55,731 nucleotides of DNA, taken from positions 1 through 55,731 of the forward strand of contig JBJFCL010000019.1 of NCBI GenBank assembly GCA_051888935.1, read 5' to 3'. Positions 53,365-55,731 of the stretch are shown here, piece by piece (positions within the stretch are counted from its first letter, which is position 1; each line of letters opens with the position of its first letter). This stretch comes from Candidatus Caccovivens sp. (GTDB lineage Bacteria; Bacillota; Clostridia; Christensenellales; UBA1242). Under the pieces are notes generated by a model. That model worked only from the letters and a program-made list of their open reading frames with translations. It searched no databases and was not told where the DNA came from. A program made the position numbers and the translations under genes.

Positions 53365-54699
53365 ATGGACGAGAATGAGAAAGTTGAACTTAATACGCAA
53401 CAGCCTGACAAAAAGCAGTCTTTTTTTTCTCGCCTAAAAAACAAGAGAAAACAAAAACTCGCAATGCTTCAAAATCAACAACTTTCGGAAGAAGAAACGA
53501 AGAAAGTTGAAGAAAAAATTGAGGAAGCAAACAAAGAAGTTTCCGAATCAAGCGGAAAAAAGAAGAAGATAAAAAACATATTATTTTTTATCTTCAATAT
53601 TGTGCTTGTTGCGGGCATTTTGGTTTGGAATATATTTTCAAGTGATGAATTTACTCCTTTAAAACTGCTTGATATAAACCTCCTCTATGTTTTTATTGTG
53701 CTGTTATTCTTGGCGTTTATTATGTTTGTTGATGTTTGCTCAATCCAGCGCATGATTTATCGAAAAACAATGCGTTCAAGATGGAATTTGTCATATAAAT
53801 CTTTGGCAATACTGAGATATTATGACGCAGTTACTCCACTTTCAACAGGTGGGCAAGCTTTTATGGTCACATATCTTACTGCTCGTGATGTCCCAGGGGC
53901 AACTTCGCTTTCCATTCCTATTGCAAAACTTATTTTTCAAAACATTTCATGGCTATTGGTGACTTTTGTTTGTTTAATTGTTTCTTTCACAAACGGAATG
54001 TCCACAACTTTTGTCTCTGCAACAAGCATTATAGGATTCGTTTTGGCATTTTTGATGATAGCAATCATCTTGTTTTTGTCATTTTCAAAAAAGTTGGGAC
54101 GAAAATTGGTGTCTGGCGGGCTGAAATTGCTTGTAAAAATGCGTATCTTGAAAGATTATGATAAACACTACAACAAAGTTTTGAGTTTTGTTGAAGATTA
54201 TCAAAACATTATGAAAGAATATTCCAAATCCAAACTTGACATCATCTATCAATTTGTTTTGCATATTTCAAGATTTATTTTCATGTATTCAATTCCGTTC
54301 TTTATTTATTGTGCATTTATGGGATTCGATGGGAGCAAATTTGGCGAATTCTTCATGTATACAGCGCTTATCGATTTGGCTTCCAGTTTCATTCCTTTGC
54401 CTGGGGGAACAGGAATGAATGAAATTACATTTACTGTTTTGTTTAATCGATATTTGGGTGGTGCAACATTCTGGGCATTGCTACTTTGGAGATTCTGCTC
54501 TTATTATTTCTATTTATTGCAAGGATTGGGAATTTTGATGTACGACACAATTTATGGCAACAGAAAGTATCGTTGGGTCAAGAAAAGATTTGACTTGCAA
54601 GAGGAAAGTCAAGAGTTTAAACGCTTGCAAATAGAAAATTTTAGACAAGAGAGAAACAAGCGCCGTAAACAACAGAAAAAATCCAAAATAACAGAATAA
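53365..54699 (+). CDS. flippase-like (LPG-synthase TM / UPF0104) membrane protein
   Basis: AVTPLSTGGQAFMVTYL and PLPGGTGMNE motifs, with multiple TM segments. Confidence 0.8.
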   Translation: MDENEKVELNTQQPDKKQSFFSRLKNKRKQKLAMLQNQQLSEEETKKVEEKIEEANKEVSESSGKKKKIKNILFFIFNIVLVAGILVWNIFSSDEFTPLKLLDINLLYVFIVLLFLAFIMFVDVCSIQRMIYRKTMRSRWNLSYKSLAILRYYDAVTPLSTGGQAFMVTYLTARDVPGATSLSIPIAKLIFQNISWLLVTFVCLIVSFTNGMSTTFVSATSIIGFVLAFLMIAIILFLSFSKKLGRKLVSGGLKLLVKMRILKDYDKHYNKVLSFVEDYQNIMKEYSKSKLDIIYQFVLHISRFIFMYSIPFFIYCAFMGFDGSKFGEFFMYTALIDLASSFIPLPGGTGMNEITFTVLFNRYLGGATFWALLLWRFCSYYFYLLQGLGILMYDTIYGNRKYRWVKKRFDLQEESQEFKRLQIENFRQERNKRRKQQKKSKITE

Positions 54700-54701
54700 A
54701 T

Positions 54702-55271
54702 ATGCTCTTTATAGTAAAAAATAAAGACATGAAAAAGCAATATATCGGCTGGCTTTTTGCAGTTATTGTACTGTCGTGTCTGCTTGTTATATCGGTCATT
54801 TTGGGATTGACTGGATATTATTTTTCGGTGTCTTATTTGTATTCCAATTCTCAACTTGTTGTTGGCGACCAAGTCACAGTTACTGTGGAACCAAACCAAT
54901 CAAATGTTGTTTCGTTCACTTTTGATGGCAGTTTTTTGCCTAATGAGACCATTCCACAAGTTGTGCAAATAAGCGCAACGGATTTAAATTCTGATTGTAA
55001 TGTCAGAGTAAAAGCAAAGGTTTTTGGTGTAAAAAACAAAATAGAGTTTGATTTTGTGACAACGGAACATTTTGAAAAAGCGCCAGATGGTTATTATTAT
55101 TATGACGGCGTTTTGAATGGCGGAAACAAAATTACATTTTGCAATTATTTAATTATGCCCAAAAGTGAAGATTTTGTCAGTAAAGAAAAATATATTTTAA
55201 CTTTGGTCGTTGAGACGCTTGAAAGTAAATATGATGTTGAAAATATTTGGAAAAATGTTCAACAAACATGA
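54702..55271 (+). CDS. membrane-anchored hypothetical protein
   Basis: N-terminal TM anchor then a soluble beta-rich domain. Start ambiguous (54702 or 54729). Confidence 0.55.
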   Translation: MLFIVKNKDMKKQYIGWLFAVIVLSCLLVISVILGLTGYYFSVSYLYSNSQLVVGDQVTVTVEPNQSNVVSFTFDGSFLPNETIPQVVQISATDLNSDCNVRVKAKVFGVKNKIEFDFVTTEHFEKAPDGYYYYDGVLNGGNKITFCNYLIMPKSEDFVSKEKYILTLVVETLESKYDVENIWKNVQQT

Positions 55272-55336
55272 AATTTGTTGGACTTTTTTTGTTTTTTATA
55301 ATAAAATATTTCTATAATTGAAAATTGGAGAGTAAT

Positions 55337-55642
55337 ATGGAAGAAAACAAACCATTTATGCCACCACCACCAAAAGAATTGAAATCAATGCCACCACCTC
55401 CACCACCAAAGACGGATTTCAAACCAATTGAACAAGCAGATATTCAAAAGGAAGAACAGGCGAAAGAGGTGGACTCAGTTCGGGAATTGCAAAAGACTGT
55501 GGCAGATGCAAACCAAGCAGATGTTGAAAAAAACAACAAAAAACATCAATCAAGTGGCGGAATAAAAACCGCACTATATTGGTTGGGTTTTATTCTCTCG
55601 CTTGTGGCAGTTGGAGTTTTGATTTTTTTGCTTATAAAATAA
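55337..55642 (+). CDS. Pro-rich, C-terminally TM-anchored small protein
   Basis: ATG 55337 follows TGGAGAG. Contains PPPPKE..PPPPPPK and a C-terminal TM segment ALYWLGFILSLVAVGVLIFLLI. Confidence 0.55.
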   Translation: MEENKPFMPPPPKELKSMPPPPPPKTDFKPIEQADIQKEEQAKEVDSVRELQKTVADANQADVEKNNKKHQSSGGIKTALYWLGFILSLVAVGVLIFLLIK

Positions 55643-55655
55643 TATTCACAATTGA

Positions 55656-55684
55656 AAGATTGCAAAAGAAGCAATCTTTTTTGT
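55656..55684 (+). terminator. intrinsic terminator
   Basis: AAGATTGC (55656-55663) pairs with GCAATCTT (55671-55678), followed by a T-run. Confidence 0.65.
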
Positions 55685-55714
55685 TACAGAAAACCACGGG
55701 ATAGTCCCGTGGTT
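55685..55714 (-). terminator. terminator of a convergent gene lying beyond the window end
   Basis: 10-bp G+C-rich stem AACCACGGGA/TCCCGTGGTT, followed on the minus strand by TTTCTGT. Confidence 0.45.
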
Positions 55715-55731
55715 CCATGGCGGTTTACCTG

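Overview
This is a low-GC Bacillota (Clostridia-like) chromosomal window. All calls were made by eye from the sequence and the ORF track; no searches or folding programs were run. Most of the window is housekeeping DNA in recognisable synteny: secA; rpsF-ssb-rpsR; rpmE; a prmC fusion followed by prfA; queH; lepB; hup; rubrerythrin; eno; marR-cysS; recD2; a P-type ATPase; cca; VanW; TVP38; a spoVB-like flippase; DUF421/DUF4363; and a glmU-like gene followed by pth and mfd. Two patches look accessory. (1) 8.1-12.9 kb holds small membrane or Cys-rich ORFs, an ArsR regulator, a G+C-rich 223-bp unit repeated 2.4 times in tandem, an orphan 346-aa protein and a membrane GT2. (2) About 21.5-28.7 kb is a compact integrative island abutting the 3' end of tRNA-Glu(UUC). 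The island carries an XRE repressor with a reiterated CCTAATT operator, a SLOG/DUF1273-like protein, an IS30-type HTH fused to an AbrB/SpoVT-like domain, a DUF262/DUF1524 (GmrSD-like) nuclease, an HUH rolling-circle Rep, a large serine recombinase and four long G+C-rich hairpins or inverted repeats. This island and the 223-bp tandem element are the best candidates for something undescribed. Two plausible genes fall below the ORF-track cutoff: a 54-aa LysM protein at 42801-42965 (-) and a 42-aa ORF at 25770-25898 (+). Other oddities are a membrane-domain-PrmC fusion, a truncated GlmU paralog, an ABC exporter whose ATPase motifs are all degenerate, and three consensus promoters placed so that the mRNAs would be leaderless.
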